From IMG/VR virus record IMGVR_UViG_3300002143_000172, positions 1 through 64,000 of that record: a stretch of 64,000 nt of DNA, one strand, 5' to 3'. A program made the position numbers and the translations under genes. Every line of letters begins with the position of its first letter. Within the stretch, counting starts at the first letter, position 1. The notes beneath the pieces were generated by a model. That model was not told the origin of the DNA. It saw nothing but the letters and a program-made list of their open reading frames with translations, and made no database searches. This document shows positions 10,128 to 20,718 of the stretch, piece after piece. This DNA is from a virus.

Positions 10128-11585
10128 TCAATAAACTTTTACTCCATTTATCTGTTCCCATCGAACAGCATCTTCTAAGCTATTTACTAAAGGCTCGCCT
10201 TTTACATTCAAACTAGTATTCATTAGCATCGGGCAACCGGTTTTTTCATACCAAAGTTCAAGTATTGCCCTGAAGTTTTCATTATCTGCGCGGTTAACTG
10301 TCTGTACTCTGCTGGTATTATCAACATGGCAAATACCCGGAAAATCATCGGGCAACCGGCATCGTGCTACGAACTGCATGTAAGGACTAGATTTTACGGG
10401 CATGTCGAAATATGTATCCGCATGTTCTTCTAAGATAGCAGGGGCGAACGGTCTAAATTCTTCACGCTTTTTAAGTTGGTTCATTCGAAGTTTGGCATCT
10501 TTTCCTCTAGGATCGCATAGTAAACTACGATTGCCCAATGCCCTAGGACCAAACTCTGCTCGACCGTTTGCAACTGCTACTACCTTGCCCTTGAGTAGAT
10601 CATTGACGATATTCTCTATGTCTAATGGTCTATCTATATTAGTTCCTAAGAACGGGCCTTTCCAGTATAGTGGTCTTTTCTCCACTGCGGCCACTGCTCC
10701 TATAGCACTACCTGCATCTCCGGGATTGGGCATGACCCACATGTTTTCAAATCCTGCCTTCTTTGCGATAATGCTATTGGCTACACAGTTTAACGCACAC
10801 CCACCCATGAATATTAAATTTTTGCTAGGTAGATTTTGTTTAATCCATTGTGCGGTTTTTAAAAGATATTCTTCCATAACAGCCTGCACACTTGCGGCAA
10901 TATCAAATTTGCTAGCCCCGCTCATGTTGTTCCACCATAGACATCCTTGATGCAGATTATGTCTTAGTTTAAAGTCAGGACCTTCAAACTTTTTAAAGAA
11001 TTGTCTTTTAAAATACTCAGATAACACCGGTTTTCCAAATGCCGCCATGCCCATTAAAATATATTCTTCTTCATTGGGTTTTAGTCCAAGGTACTGCGTC
11101 ATTGCGGTATAGAACAGCCCAATGCTATTTGGATAATTTTTTGACCAAACTTTTTCTAATCCAGCATAGCTTGTTGCTTTCCAGATTGAAACTGTATTCC
11201 ATTCGCCGATAGCATCTACTACTAGTATGCTAGCATCTGAAAAGTTGCTGGTATAAAACCCTGCGGCAGCATGACTATGATGATGCTGTACATGTTCTAC
11301 AGGTAAATGTCCCAACCCCACCCTGGCTAGTTCTTCTTTTGGATCACACCACCACGGTCGTTGACCGCTATAAAGTTTTCTAAGAGATTTAGTAAGGGGG
11401 TTTTCAAACCATACGATAGATTTAGGAGATCCGTACTCGTACATCTCCTTAACCATCTCTAGATTTAGTCTATTGTCGTTTTTAACACGAGAATATCTTT
11501 CTGCGTGTGCGGCCCAGACAATTTCTTCCCCGTCAATTAATGCTAGGCTAGAGTCATGATTCTGCCCATTAATGCCAAGTATCAT
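10128..11585 (-). CDS. carbamoyltransferase (NodU/CmcH family)
   Basis: HDSS, HHHSHAA, DAIGE, EFGPRALGNRS, FRPFAP, NTSLN motifs. Confidence 0.95.
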   Translation of the reverse strand: MILGINGQNHDSSLALIDGEEIVWAAHAERYSRVKNDNRLNLEMVKEMYEYGSPKSIVWFENPLTKSLRKLYSGQRPWWCDPKEELARVGLGHLPVEHVQHHHSHAAAGFYTSNFSDASILVVDAIGEWNTVSIWKATSYAGLEKVWSKNYPNSIGLFYTAMTQYLGLKPNEEEYILMGMAAFGKPVLSEYFKRQFFKKFEGPDFKLRHNLHQGCLWWNNMSGASKFDIAASVQAVMEEYLLKTAQWIKQNLPSKNLIFMGGCALNCVANSIIAKKAGFENMWVMPNPGDAGSAIGAVAAVEKRPLYWKGPFLGTNIDRPLDIENIVNDLLKGKVVAVANGRAEFGPRALGNRSLLCDPRGKDAKLRMNQLKKREEFRPFAPAILEEHADTYFDMPVKSSPYMQFVARCRLPDDFPGICHVDNTSRVQTVNRADNENFRAILELWYEKTGCPMLMNTSLNVKGEPLVNSLEDAVRWEQINGVKVY

Positions 11586-11588
11586 AAT

Positions 11589-11696
11589 TTAGTAGATAAA
11601 TGGATCACGCTTGCGAAGCTCTGCTAGGCGCTTTTCCAATAACCTTTTTTGTTTTCTTCTATGGAACCAATTTTTTATAAGAGTAAAGATGTTCAT
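11589..11696 (-). CDS. 35 aa basic peptide upstream of carbamoyltransferase
   Basis: MNIFTLIKNWF...RKRDPFIY*, TAAATA 5 nt before ATG. Confidence 0.65.
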   Translation of the reverse strand: MNIFTLIKNWFHRRKQKRLLEKRLAELRKRDPFIY

Positions 11697-11739
11697 GCGT
11701 ATATTTATTATGTATGTAGTTAACTAATAAATATTCAAT

Positions 11740-12471
11740 ATGCTAAACTTTGAAGAAATTTTAAAAAATGGTATTACCATAAGTAGTTCTGGAACTAGCG
11801 GAGCTCCAAAGACTTTCTTTCAATCCCCTGCTAAACTCATATCATCAAACCAGGTAGCAATAGAAGCGCAACATATAGTTTCAACTAGTAGAATTTATAC
11901 TTGTTGTAAAACTACCCATGCAGGCGGATTGTTAGCACAAACTCTCCCCGGGTACTCTGTTGGTGCTCAAGTTGACATTGTCCAATTTAATGCTTATCGA
12001 TTTATTGACGAGATAGTAGGGTATACCCATACGCACATAACGCCTCTACACGCAAAAGCCATAATGCTAACCAAGAATTTTAAAAACTTAGATCTTTCTA
12101 ACATATGGGTAACTTGTGGTGCTGATCCAGTTACTTGGGACATTATCGAAGCGTTTGTTGAACGCGGCGCTACTTTTATGACTAATTGGGGTATGAGTGA
12201 AGTGGGTCCGATAGCAATTAACACTACATTTAGATCATTGACAGATGTTAAAGTATATAAGAATGACGCACCTAAAAATTCTACATTATTAGGTAGTACT
12301 GCTTGGTGCCGTTATAAGATCGTTGACCGTGAATTGTATGTAAAAGGTCCTATATCAATTTTTGATGATTGGTACAATACCGGAGATCAAGTTGTAATGC
12401 ATCAAGGTTCGTTATATTATTTAGGCAGGTCAAATACTGAAATAGATTTATGGAATCCAAAAAAAGGTTAA
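11740..12471 (+). CDS. compact AMP-binding (ANL superfamily) enzyme
   Basis: SSGTSGAPK, WGMSE, WYNTGD, YLGR motifs. Confidence 0.85.
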   Translation: MLNFEEILKNGITISSSGTSGAPKTFFQSPAKLISSNQVAIEAQHIVSTSRIYTCCKTTHAGGLLAQTLPGYSVGAQVDIVQFNAYRFIDEIVGYTHTHITPLHAKAIMLTKNFKNLDLSNIWVTCGADPVTWDIIEAFVERGATFMTNWGMSEVGPIAINTTFRSLTDVKVYKNDAPKNSTLLGSTAWCRYKIVDRELYVKGPISIFDDWYNTGDQVVMHQGSLYYLGRSNTEIDLWNPKKG

Positions 12472-13031
12472 CAACGGTTCCTTTCTCAGAGGACCATATA
12501 GATGATCTAGCAGTATTCTGCCGGGCTTGCGATCTGCATGGCTATAAAAATAATAATAGTTTTGACACTATGAGATTAACATGGTGTTTAGAAAACGGGG
12601 GACAATTTTTTCTAACCTATTGCGATGGAATTGTAATAAGTGTAAGTGGATGCCACCCGTTGCCCGAAGTCGGTCCCGATGTATACAGGATTTTATTTAG
12701 GGGAGCAACTCTTAGAAATTATCAAAATCTTTTGGGAATATTAAGTAAAACCCATATGACTTCTATTCCATTTTACGAGCATATTCCGTTAGCACTAGAC
12801 TGGGCTAAAGACAGGGCATCAACTTTTGTAATCACTACTAATTGGTCCAATCCCGATGGTATTGAGTCAATGAGTCGTAGTCATAGCGTTTTAGGACTAC
12901 TTGCACGACAAGGCATTGTTGATTGCTTAATTGAAAAAGTAAATTTATTTCACACAGATCAAACTGTTTGGAAATTAAATGTAGAAAAATACTTTGATGC
13001 TAGAGAAAAATTTAAACAACGAAATGGTTGA
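12450..13031 (+). CDS. putative GNAT-like protein
   Basis: 193 aa ORF; fold guess from VSGCHP/RILFRGAT pattern. Confidence 0.5.
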   Translation: MESKKRLTTVPFSEDHIDDLAVFCRACDLHGYKNNNSFDTMRLTWCLENGGQFFLTYCDGIVISVSGCHPLPEVGPDVYRILFRGATLRNYQNLLGILSKTHMTSIPFYEHIPLALDWAKDRASTFVITTNWSNPDGIESMSRSHSVLGLLARQGIVDCLIEKVNLFHTDQTVWKLNVEKYFDAREKFKQRNG

Positions 13032-13752
13032 TAATAAAAACTATCTTTTTATTTTAGCAAATCCGGGATCTGGAGGACACAGGTTAGGTCGAGGAATTAG
13101 TTCACTTGATTCAGTGTATTGGTATAGTTGCAGCCGCAATGGTATTTCTCCTACCGATGTATACTCTTCTAACAATGTTATTGGAAAAACAATCAGTCAC
13201 TACCATTATGACAGGATTGTAGGAACACAAATGGTTCCCCTAGTAGGAGAACGGATAGAGCAATGGTGGAACACAGATGATCTGGATTTCTTTTATAAAG
13301 AAGTATGGACTTCTCAAATGATTAAATTTTCTAAAGTGCTAGAAACCCAATACTTACATTGGATATTACACGATAATCCTATGCACCTGTTGACTCGATT
13401 TTCAAATGCTAAGGTTATTTCTCTTATCGATACAGACATGCCTGCGATTGTTGATCGACACATGGAAACTACTGCAAAGTTTCCAGCGTATTATAGGATG
13501 GTTAATTTGCGGCCAACTTACTTAACTCAATATTCCCAAGATGTTGAAACTTTAGAACAATTGCGTCCTGGTGCAACTTTACAAGATCTGTGGGAATATC
13601 AAAACCCAAATGGAAATTACAAACAATTTGTTAAGAATAAATTAGAAGAAGATAATAATGAACGCTTAAAAGTAGATCATCCCAGGCATTTAAAAGTTAC
13701 CTGGGATGATCTAAATTTAAAAACTATTGAAGATTTTTTACAAACTGCCTAA
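13024..13752 (+). CDS. P-loop/sulfotransferase-like protein
   Basis: ANPGSGGHRLGR near N-terminus. Confidence 0.55.
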   Translation: MVDNKNYLFILANPGSGGHRLGRGISSLDSVYWYSCSRNGISPTDVYSSNNVIGKTISHYHYDRIVGTQMVPLVGERIEQWWNTDDLDFFYKEVWTSQMIKFSKVLETQYLHWILHDNPMHLLTRFSNAKVISLIDTDMPAIVDRHMETTAKFPAYYRMVNLRPTYLTQYSQDVETLEQLRPGATLQDLWEYQNPNGNYKQFVKNKLEEDNNERLKVDHPRHLKVTWDDLNLKTIEDFLQTA

Positions 13753-14283
13753 TATCGATATCATCTGCATTGAGGTAGTGCTAGTAGTGTTAACTGTAAG
13801 ATCGGAATTAAAAATATGGAGTGCAGTAACATAATTCCACGATGCTGTTACCGCATTATTAATAAAAAAATTGTCCATATCAGTTAGTTGGAGTTCTACA
13901 GTAGTTGCTAAAGTTGCCGTGGTCAAATTCCTTAATTTTCCTCTAGAGAATTCTTTTTGTGCTTCTGGTGTACCTGCTTTTACAAATATAAAAGTTGCGG
14001 TATCTTTATACTGGTTGTAAATACTCTGAATATTTTCTATGATTTGCCATCCGTCAAAGACCAATGCTTCGGCAGATTCTTGTAAAGACATCGTGTTTGA
14101 TATCTCAAACAATGTAGCATTAGCTGGAGTTGTACCATATTCTGCTATTGCAGGATCTTTTCCTAAACTTTGAACAAATATGGTTCCAGGTGTATACTTC
14201 GTTCGTAGTAAGTCAACTAGATCTCCGGCCATTGATCTGTGACCAGAACCAATATAGCCTACGAAAAAATAAATTTTTGCCAT
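13738..14283 (-). CDS. hypothetical protein with degenerate P-loop
   Basis: GYIGSGHRS. Confidence 0.6.
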   Translation of the reverse strand: MAKIYFFVGYIGSGHRSMAGDLVDLLRTKYTPGTIFVQSLGKDPAIAEYGTTPANATLFEISNTMSLQESAEALVFDGWQIIENIQSIYNQYKDTATFIFVKAGTPEAQKEFSRGKLRNLTTATLATTVELQLTDMDNFFINNAVTASWNYVTALHIFNSDLTVNTTSTTSMQMISILGSL

Positions 14284-14448
14284 TTGAAATATCCCATAAG
14301 ATGTTTATTAATGTTATTTAGCAGTTATTTAAAAAGATTTAACTAAATAGGTTGACAAAAAAATTTGTGATTTATCTAAATTTTTTTAACTCTTGAAGAA
14401 ATTTGTTAAATAAAGAGTAAATTTTACATCTACATTAGGAAAAAACAC

Positions 14449-15186
14449 ATGACTACACAAAAATTAGACTTAATGGAAGAAGCGACGGCATTGAGCAACT
14501 ATCATTTTGATAAAAATAAAATTGACCCTAGATTTGACGGAGCACAGGTTTTAGGCAGATTTGAGGGAGACTGGGCAGACGAAGTTACGCAAATGATTGA
14601 AATTTCAAAATCTCGATCATTTGGAACTAGGAATTTACTCGAAGGCCAAGTAAATGTTGATCTAGATAATCCAACCGGTGAAAAAGTTGATTATAAAGAA
14701 ATGATTGAAGGATTTCGTCCTTACGAAAAAGAGTTCTTTGATAAAACTGATTTAGATTATTACGGGTATCCGATCATTAATAAAACTAATGAAATTGGAC
14801 CAAAAGTAACAGCCTTGTTTAATGCATTTAAATTTGCGGCTCCTACCACATACACTGTTCATATTCAAAAGGTAGGACAAATTTTTCCATACCATATTGA
14901 CTTTTTTCATCGCCGCCGATGGAAAGATGCACCGCAAGACAAAGTTATCCGCATTCAAGTTATGTTAAATGACTGGACTCCTGGGCAAGTTTTAGGATAC
15001 GGCAATGATGTTTACACACAATGGAAAGCTGGCGAATTTCATACTTTTGATCATGCTAGTGTACCTCACTGGACTGCTAACGCCGCATACGAACCGCGTG
15101 TATCTTTGCTAATAACCGGTGTTAAAACACTAGAAACTGAAGAATTTCTTTACCAAGCACGAACACAAAAAACTGTAAAAGCATAA
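14449..15186 (+). CDS. 2OG-Fe(II) oxygenase-like protein
   Basis: HID...HWTAN...R facial-triad pattern. Confidence 0.75.
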   Translation: MTTQKLDLMEEATALSNYHFDKNKIDPRFDGAQVLGRFEGDWADEVTQMIEISKSRSFGTRNLLEGQVNVDLDNPTGEKVDYKEMIEGFRPYEKEFFDKTDLDYYGYPIINKTNEIGPKVTALFNAFKFAAPTTYTVHIQKVGQIFPYHIDFFHRRRWKDAPQDKVIRIQVMLNDWTPGQVLGYGNDVYTQWKAGEFHTFDHASVPHWTANAAYEPRVSLLITGVKTLETEEFLYQARTQKTVKA

Positions 15187-15196
15187 AAGGAAATAA

Positions 15197-16654
15197 ATGG
15201 ATTTGCTAACACATTATTTGCCATTTGTACTTGCAGGAACATTATACGGTTTTATTTTTGGAATTATTCCAGTAGCAGGTGCTACCACTGCCCTCTTAAC
15301 TCTATTTGGGTTTATAGAATATTTTAAAGGTGAACCTTACGGACTTGTTGCCTTTTGTGTAGCGGTGTCGGTATCGGCTAGTGTAGGAGATTTGTTTGCT
15401 AGTGTAGTACTGAATATTCCCGGCGGCGGCGGCAGCACTGCTACAATGCTTGACGGATATCCTATGGCTAGGCGTGGAGAATCTGCTAGAGCAATGAGTG
15501 CCGCCGTATTTAGTGCTACTCTGCAGGGGCTATTTTGGGGTGTACTTGCTATTATGCTTTTACCCTACTATAAAGGATTAGTATTAGCATTTGGAATTCC
15601 GGAGATGCTAGCATTCTTAATCTTAGCCTTTGCCTGCGTAACAATGATCAGTAGCGATTATTGGGTTAGGGGTATCATTGGACTAGCATTAGGTATTTTT
15701 GTAGGTCTGATTGGGACTGATCCAGTTAGCGGAGATCAACGATTTACACTTGGCTGGCTATACCTAGCAGATGGAATACAAGCCGCTCCGCTGATGGCAG
15801 GTGTAATGGCCATACCAGAAATTTTAGAAGCATTCAGATCAAAATCGGTATATCTAGAAAGCGCAAAAAATAACTGGGAACAAATTAAACAAGGCGCTCG
15901 AGATGTTTGGGATTCAAAGAAAGATAGTTTTCAGGGTGGAGTCATTGGGGCCATTGTTGGAGCATTGCCTGCCCTAGGCGGTAGCATTAGCGAATGGCTA
16001 TCATATGGACAAGCTGTAGCATCTAATAAAAATCCATCCCCACCGTTTGGTGAGGGCAATGTCAAAGGTATCATTGCACCCGAAGGTGCTAATTTGGCAC
16101 ACAAGGCCACCGCATTTGTACCGACGGTATTATTTGGTGTTCCGGGTGCTCCATTTGAAGTAATTATTATTTCGTTACTAGCCGTCGTAGGATTAGACAT
16201 GGGCAGTAGTAGACTACTAGCCGACACTACTTTTTATTCGGTATTATCGTTTGGGTATATGACTAGTTTAGTAGTCACATTCTTTATTGCGATTGCTTTT
16301 ATTAGATATGCAACATTAATCACTCGTGTTCCATTCATCTATTGGGGGACACCAACTGTGATGTTATTGGTATGGGCATGTGTACAATACACAGGGCTTT
16401 GGGAAGATTATGCCGTCCTAATAGTTTGTATTGCTGTTGGATTTAGTTTAAAATATTTAAAAATAAGTAGGATTAGTTTCATTATTGGTTTTGCCTTGGC
16501 AGATAAAATAGCATTAGTTGGGTTGCAGTTTTTAACATTGTTCAGTATTTCTGATTTGCTAACTCGCCCTATCAGTTTATCACTACTGCTGATTACAGTG
16601 GGGATAATTATTAGAGGATTGTTTTTTACACAATCAAAAATCAAATACATTTAA
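15197..16654 (+). CDS. tctA: tripartite tricarboxylate transporter permease
   Basis: NIPG, DGYPMARRGE, PFGEGNVKGIIAPEGAN, FGVPG motifs. Confidence 0.9.
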   Translation: MDLLTHYLPFVLAGTLYGFIFGIIPVAGATTALLTLFGFIEYFKGEPYGLVAFCVAVSVSASVGDLFASVVLNIPGGGGSTATMLDGYPMARRGESARAMSAAVFSATLQGLFWGVLAIMLLPYYKGLVLAFGIPEMLAFLILAFACVTMISSDYWVRGIIGLALGIFVGLIGTDPVSGDQRFTLGWLYLADGIQAAPLMAGVMAIPEILEAFRSKSVYLESAKNNWEQIKQGARDVWDSKKDSFQGGVIGAIVGALPALGGSISEWLSYGQAVASNKNPSPPFGEGNVKGIIAPEGANLAHKATAFVPTVLFGVPGAPFEVIIISLLAVVGLDMGSSRLLADTTFYSVLSFGYMTSLVVTFFIAIAFIRYATLITRVPFIYWGTPTVMLLVWACVQYTGLWEDYAVLIVCIAVGFSLKYLKISRISFIIGFALADKIALVGLQFLTLFSISDLLTRPISLSLLLITVGIIIRGLFFTQSKIKYI

Positions 16655-16664
16655 AGGATATAAA

Positions 16665-17720
16665 ATGAAAAAAGTGTTAATGGGTATTGTATTTTTAATG
16701 ATGTCAGTAATGTCCCATGCTGAGATGAAAATTGTTGTCCCGGGCAACGGTGGATGGTGGGCGGTAGTTATCCCTGAATTATCAAAGGCGTTAGGTGAAC
16801 CAATTACTCCCGTAGTTATTGAAGGTGCTAAAGCTATCCCTGCTGGAAATAAATTCCATGAAAAATTCCGTTTTGATAACAACACAATGTGGTTTTCACA
16901 AGGCGGGCAAGCAGAGGCGTTTCTAATTGATAGTGCTACTACATACAATTATAAAGATTATGAGCCAATTATAGCACATAACAACACAATCTTAGTTGCT
17001 GTTCAAAAAGGAATTGATCCTTATAAGCTAGACAAGTTTAAGTTTGGATATTCAAACGGATCTAACCCGGATGTTATGTCAATGTTAATGCTGACTTGTG
17101 GAGAACTTCCTAACATGAACGCATACTTAGAATGTTACAAAAAGAAGTTTATCTATGTTAAGGGTATTAGCCAAGCTGAAATTTATCTATCATTCACCCG
17201 CGGCGAATTAAATTCTATGCGTGGACATCCGTCAGAGTGGACTAAAAACTTTGCAGACAAAGATATTGGGTTTGTTTGGTATTCGGGCGGCATCACAAAT
17301 CACAAAACCGGTTCTATTGAACCAGATACTAATTTTCCGGTAGGCAAACAAAGTTTTGAGCAAGTGTACAAAGCCAAATATGGTAAATTACCAAAGGGTG
17401 AATTCTACGATGCCTATGTGCTAGTTAAGAGCTACCGAGATGTATTACAAAAAGTTATTTGGGTCAATAAAGGTAACCCAAATAAGGATCGGTTAATTGC
17501 TGCCGCAAAGAAAATGATTGCTGATTCAGAAAGCCAAAAAGTTATTGAAGAGCGTGTTGGCAAGTATCCTTGGTTAATTGGAGATGAAGTTATTCAGGCT
17601 AAATCTCAGCTTGACAAAAAGTTAACTAAGAAGAATCTAGAAAATCTTGTGTGGTGGACTAAAAACGCTTATGAAATGACCGCTGTTATGAAACCAGAGA
17701 TTGTTAGTATCGCCAAGTAA
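16665..17720 (+). CDS. TctC-like periplasmic substrate-binding protein
   Basis: signal peptide, IVVPG motif, adjacent to tctA. Confidence 0.7.
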   Translation: MKKVLMGIVFLMMSVMSHAEMKIVVPGNGGWWAVVIPELSKALGEPITPVVIEGAKAIPAGNKFHEKFRFDNNTMWFSQGGQAEAFLIDSATTYNYKDYEPIIAHNNTILVAVQKGIDPYKLDKFKFGYSNGSNPDVMSMLMLTCGELPNMNAYLECYKKKFIYVKGISQAEIYLSFTRGELNSMRGHPSEWTKNFADKDIGFVWYSGGITNHKTGSIEPDTNFPVGKQSFEQVYKAKYGKLPKGEFYDAYVLVKSYRDVLQKVIWVNKGNPNKDRLIAAAKKMIADSESQKVIEERVGKYPWLIGDEVIQAKSQLDKKLTKKNLENLVWWTKNAYEMTAVMKPEIVSIAK

Positions 17721-17727
17721 TATAACG

Positions 17728-17753
17728 CAGATAGAGGCAACTCTATCTGCTTT
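17728..17753 (+). terminator. intrinsic terminator-like hairpin
   Basis: GCAGATAGAG-GCAA-CTCTATCTGC-TTT. Confidence 0.7.
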
Positions 17754-17784
17754 AACGCCATAAAAAATTATAACGAGGCAATAT

Positions 17785-18453
17785 TTGAAAAAATTATTAA
17801 TACTAGCAGGCCCCCAAGGTTCAGGAAATCATATTTTTTCTAGAATCTTTAGTATTCATCCCGATGTGCATGGATGGAAAGATCTCAAAGATAAGTATTG
17901 GTTAAAGCATCACGATGAACCATTTAATGAATCGTTTCTTTATCCTAATTTGTTAACTGAAGATCAGTTTGACGGATTTCAACATATATGCACTGGAATC
18001 AGTTATCCTTCAAATTTCGACAGTATCAAATATCAACCTAAAATTTTAGAATTTGCAGCCAAAGCAGATAGTTGGGGGATTGATGTTACTATTGCAATTA
18101 TATGTAGAGATGAACAGATCGTTAGAGAACAACAGATGAGATTGCGTAAAAATGAAACAATTGATGAGTTTAAACTTTATGTAACTAGTGTTTTATTACC
18201 TAGCAAATTTCCTGTACATTTCTTAAGTTTAGAAACATTTTTCTGTTACAAGCAAGAGTACTTGCAGTATCTTTCAAAAGTATTAGATTTTCCTATCGAT
18301 TATACCAATCCTGATATTTTAAAATTTATTACAGAAAGCCCTAATAAAAAATATATCACCCCTATAACAGAACATTGGTTAGATAAAGAGAATTCTGTAG
18401 GCATATTATTAACAGATTTAATACACACCGGGGGTAAAAAACATAATGGGTAA
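17785..18453 (+). CDS. P-loop/sulfotransferase-like protein
   Basis: GPQGSGNH; paralogue of 20026-20718. Confidence 0.65.
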   Translation: MKKLLILAGPQGSGNHIFSRIFSIHPDVHGWKDLKDKYWLKHHDEPFNESFLYPNLLTEDQFDGFQHICTGISYPSNFDSIKYQPKILEFAAKADSWGIDVTIAIICRDEQIVREQQMRLRKNETIDEFKLYVTSVLLPSKFPVHFLSLETFFCYKQEYLQYLSKVLDFPIDYTNPDILKFITESPNKKYITPITEHWLDKENSVGILLTDLIHTGGKKHNG

Positions 18454-18988
18454 TAGGATTATTTTTATAGTGGTTCCATTATCCCCCAAATGGGGTTGGA
18501 TGGCTAACCATATTGACTCTGTAATTGATATCGGTTCAACATCACGCCTTGAATTTAAATTTGGGTCAATGGGAAGAATTGAATCAGCAAAACGCAGAAT
18601 ATTACCAATAGATAGAATTAGAGAAACTATAAAAGAACATCGAGAATTATTTAAAGATGAAATTAAGATATATTATGGATGGGAACTAGTTGAGTGCATA
18701 CATGATCTTATTTTAGAATTTCCCAACGCAGAATTTTTGATAGGACTTTGTCCCTTTGATTCTCAAAAAATTATAGACGCCGCGACTTATCGTAAAGCAC
18801 ATAGTATAAAATCTCCCGAGCGTCGCCGCCGCGGAGATTTTGTAGATTTATTTTATAAAAAGGCAGAATTACAGTATAAGATATTGACTGAATTTTTAAA
18901 AAATCAAAAACTTGAAAATTTTAATATCCCAGATGCCCCTTCTAATTACAAATTTTATTATATTAATAACCCTAAGGCACCAAAATGA
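18446..18988 (+). CDS. hypothetical protein
   Basis: shares YYGWE...EFP motif with 19530-20024. Confidence 0.7.
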   Translation: MGNRIIFIVVPLSPKWGWMANHIDSVIDIGSTSRLEFKFGSMGRIESAKRRILPIDRIRETIKEHRELFKDEIKIYYGWELVECIHDLILEFPNAEFLIGLCPFDSQKIIDAATYRKAHSIKSPERRRRGDFVDLFYKKAELQYKILTEFLKNQKLENFNIPDAPSNYKFYYINNPKAPK

Positions 18989-19533
18989 CCAACGAAGAAT
19001 ATCTTAAAGAATATTTTACAAATAATTCCGACCCTACAAAAAATGGGTATTGGAGGCCAACGCATCTAGATGGAGAGTTTAATGATTACGATGTTATAGC
19101 CTCTGAAATTACAGCCGACTTAGTTGTGCTCGATGTTGGGTGTGGATACCATCCATTTAAAGGAAAAATAAAAAATTTAACAGGGATAGACAAATATAAT
19201 TCCGCCGCCGATGTTGTGGTTGATTTACTAGATTTTCAGCAAGACCCAAATTTTTATGATGTTGTAATTGCGTTAGGGTCTACTAATTTACATTCCTTTG
19301 ATCTAATTGAAAAACAGATAGATAGATTAGTATATTGGTGTAAGCCCGGCGGAAGAATATACATGAGGGTCAATCCAGTATTAGAAAATATTATCTCTCC
19401 TAAGATGGCGGTGTATCCTTGGACACTTAACGATATCGTGTATTTTACCAATAAACATAATTTAAAAATTATCAAACCAGTAACATTAAGTGATAATTTA
19501 CGATTAACATTCACCTGGGTTAAGGAAGGATGA
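18985..19533 (+). CDS. class I SAM-dependent methyltransferase
   Basis: VLDVGCG, KPGG. Confidence 0.85.
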   Translation: MTNEEYLKEYFTNNSDPTKNGYWRPTHLDGEFNDYDVIASEITADLVVLDVGCGYHPFKGKIKNLTGIDKYNSAADVVVDLLDFQQDPNFYDVVIALGSTNLHSFDLIEKQIDRLVYWCKPGGRIYMRVNPVLENIISPKMAVYPWTLNDIVYFTNKHNLKIIKPVTLSDNLRLTFTWVKEG

Positions 19534-20024
19534 AACTAGTATTTGTATGCACACCATTAGGATTTAACAGATTGGGTATCCTGAACAAAATAGAAAAATA
19601 TTTTCCCGTAAGTAATGATGATAACAGAATTTATTTTAATTTTGGACAGTACAGTGACTTACCTAAGAGAGAGGATCCGTTTTTAAAAGTATCATCGGCA
19701 ATAACACAGAATTTAATTGAATTTCCAGACTCTACATTTTTTTATTACGGGTGGGAGGTAACGGAAAGTTTAGACAACTTAATTGAGGAATTTCCAGACG
19801 CAATATTTACCGGAGTCATAACTGATGACAGTAATGTGGATCAACTTACGCAACCAAGGATATTCTCCGGTCGAAGAATGTTACCTTTTTCGGAAATTAA
19901 TCATTCTATCGTTGTAGAATATTATAGTAGACAATATAATAAGTTATATAATTTTTATAAAAACGCGAACAAAGATAATATCATATTTGAAAATAATGGA
20001 ACTAATTTTTTTTATATAAGATAA
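19530..20024 (+). CDS. hypothetical protein
   Basis: paralogue of 18446-18988. Confidence 0.7.
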   Translation: MKLVFVCTPLGFNRLGILNKIEKYFPVSNDDNRIYFNFGQYSDLPKREDPFLKVSSAITQNLIEFPDSTFFYYGWEVTESLDNLIEEFPDAIFTGVITDDSNVDQLTQPRIFSGRRMLPFSEINHSIVVEYYSRQYNKLYNFYKNANKDNIIFENNGTNFFYIR

Positions 20025-20025
20025 C

Positions 20026-20718
20026 ATGAAAAGAAGATTATTAATTTTAACTGGCCCCCAAGGATCGGGCAATCATATGTGGAGCAAAGTGTTCAGTCAA
20101 TCTCCCAAAGTACAAGGCTGGAAACAACTAACTCAAGAGTATTGGGTCGGTCACGGCCTTGAGCCATTTGCAGAAGTTTGGGAAAATCCATCATTGTTTA
20201 AAGACCTCAAATGGCCCCATGATTTTTATTTTACTAGTATAAGTTGCCCGTATGTTCCGTTTAATGGACCATTGATGACCGACGAGAACACTAAGATTCC
20301 TAAATACCAAGAATTTATCGAAACTGCTGAAGAAGCAGGGTTTGATGTTACAGTAGCAGTAATAAGCAGAGATGTAAATATTTTGAGTCATCAACAAACG
20401 AGAGTTAGGCAGCAAGTCACATGGCCTATCTTTATAGAAAATTTTGACAATGCTCTTTCAAAATATAATCCTGTTTTTGTAAGTACTGAGTCTTTGTTTT
20501 TATACAAAAGTCGATACATTTCTCAATTAGAAAGATTATTAGGTTGGCCAATTGAAATTTCTGATCAAAAATTAAATGAGATTCTTGAAACTAATACTAA
20601 CGAAAAGTATTTCAAATATGTCGAGTCATATTGGTTAGATAAACATATGGCCGATGTAGGGATAACACATGACATTCAAAAACCTAAAAATCCTAATTTA
20701 TATAGGGCAACGGAATAA
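20026..20718 (+). CDS. P-loop/sulfotransferase-like protein
   Basis: GPQGSGNH. Confidence 0.65.
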   Translation: MKRRLLILTGPQGSGNHMWSKVFSQSPKVQGWKQLTQEYWVGHGLEPFAEVWENPSLFKDLKWPHDFYFTSISCPYVPFNGPLMTDENTKIPKYQEFIETAEEAGFDVTVAVISRDVNILSHQQTRVRQQVTWPIFIENFDNALSKYNPVFVSTESLFLYKSRYISQLERLLGWPIEISDQKLNEILETNTNEKYFKYVESYWLDKHMADVGITHDIQKPKNPNLYRATE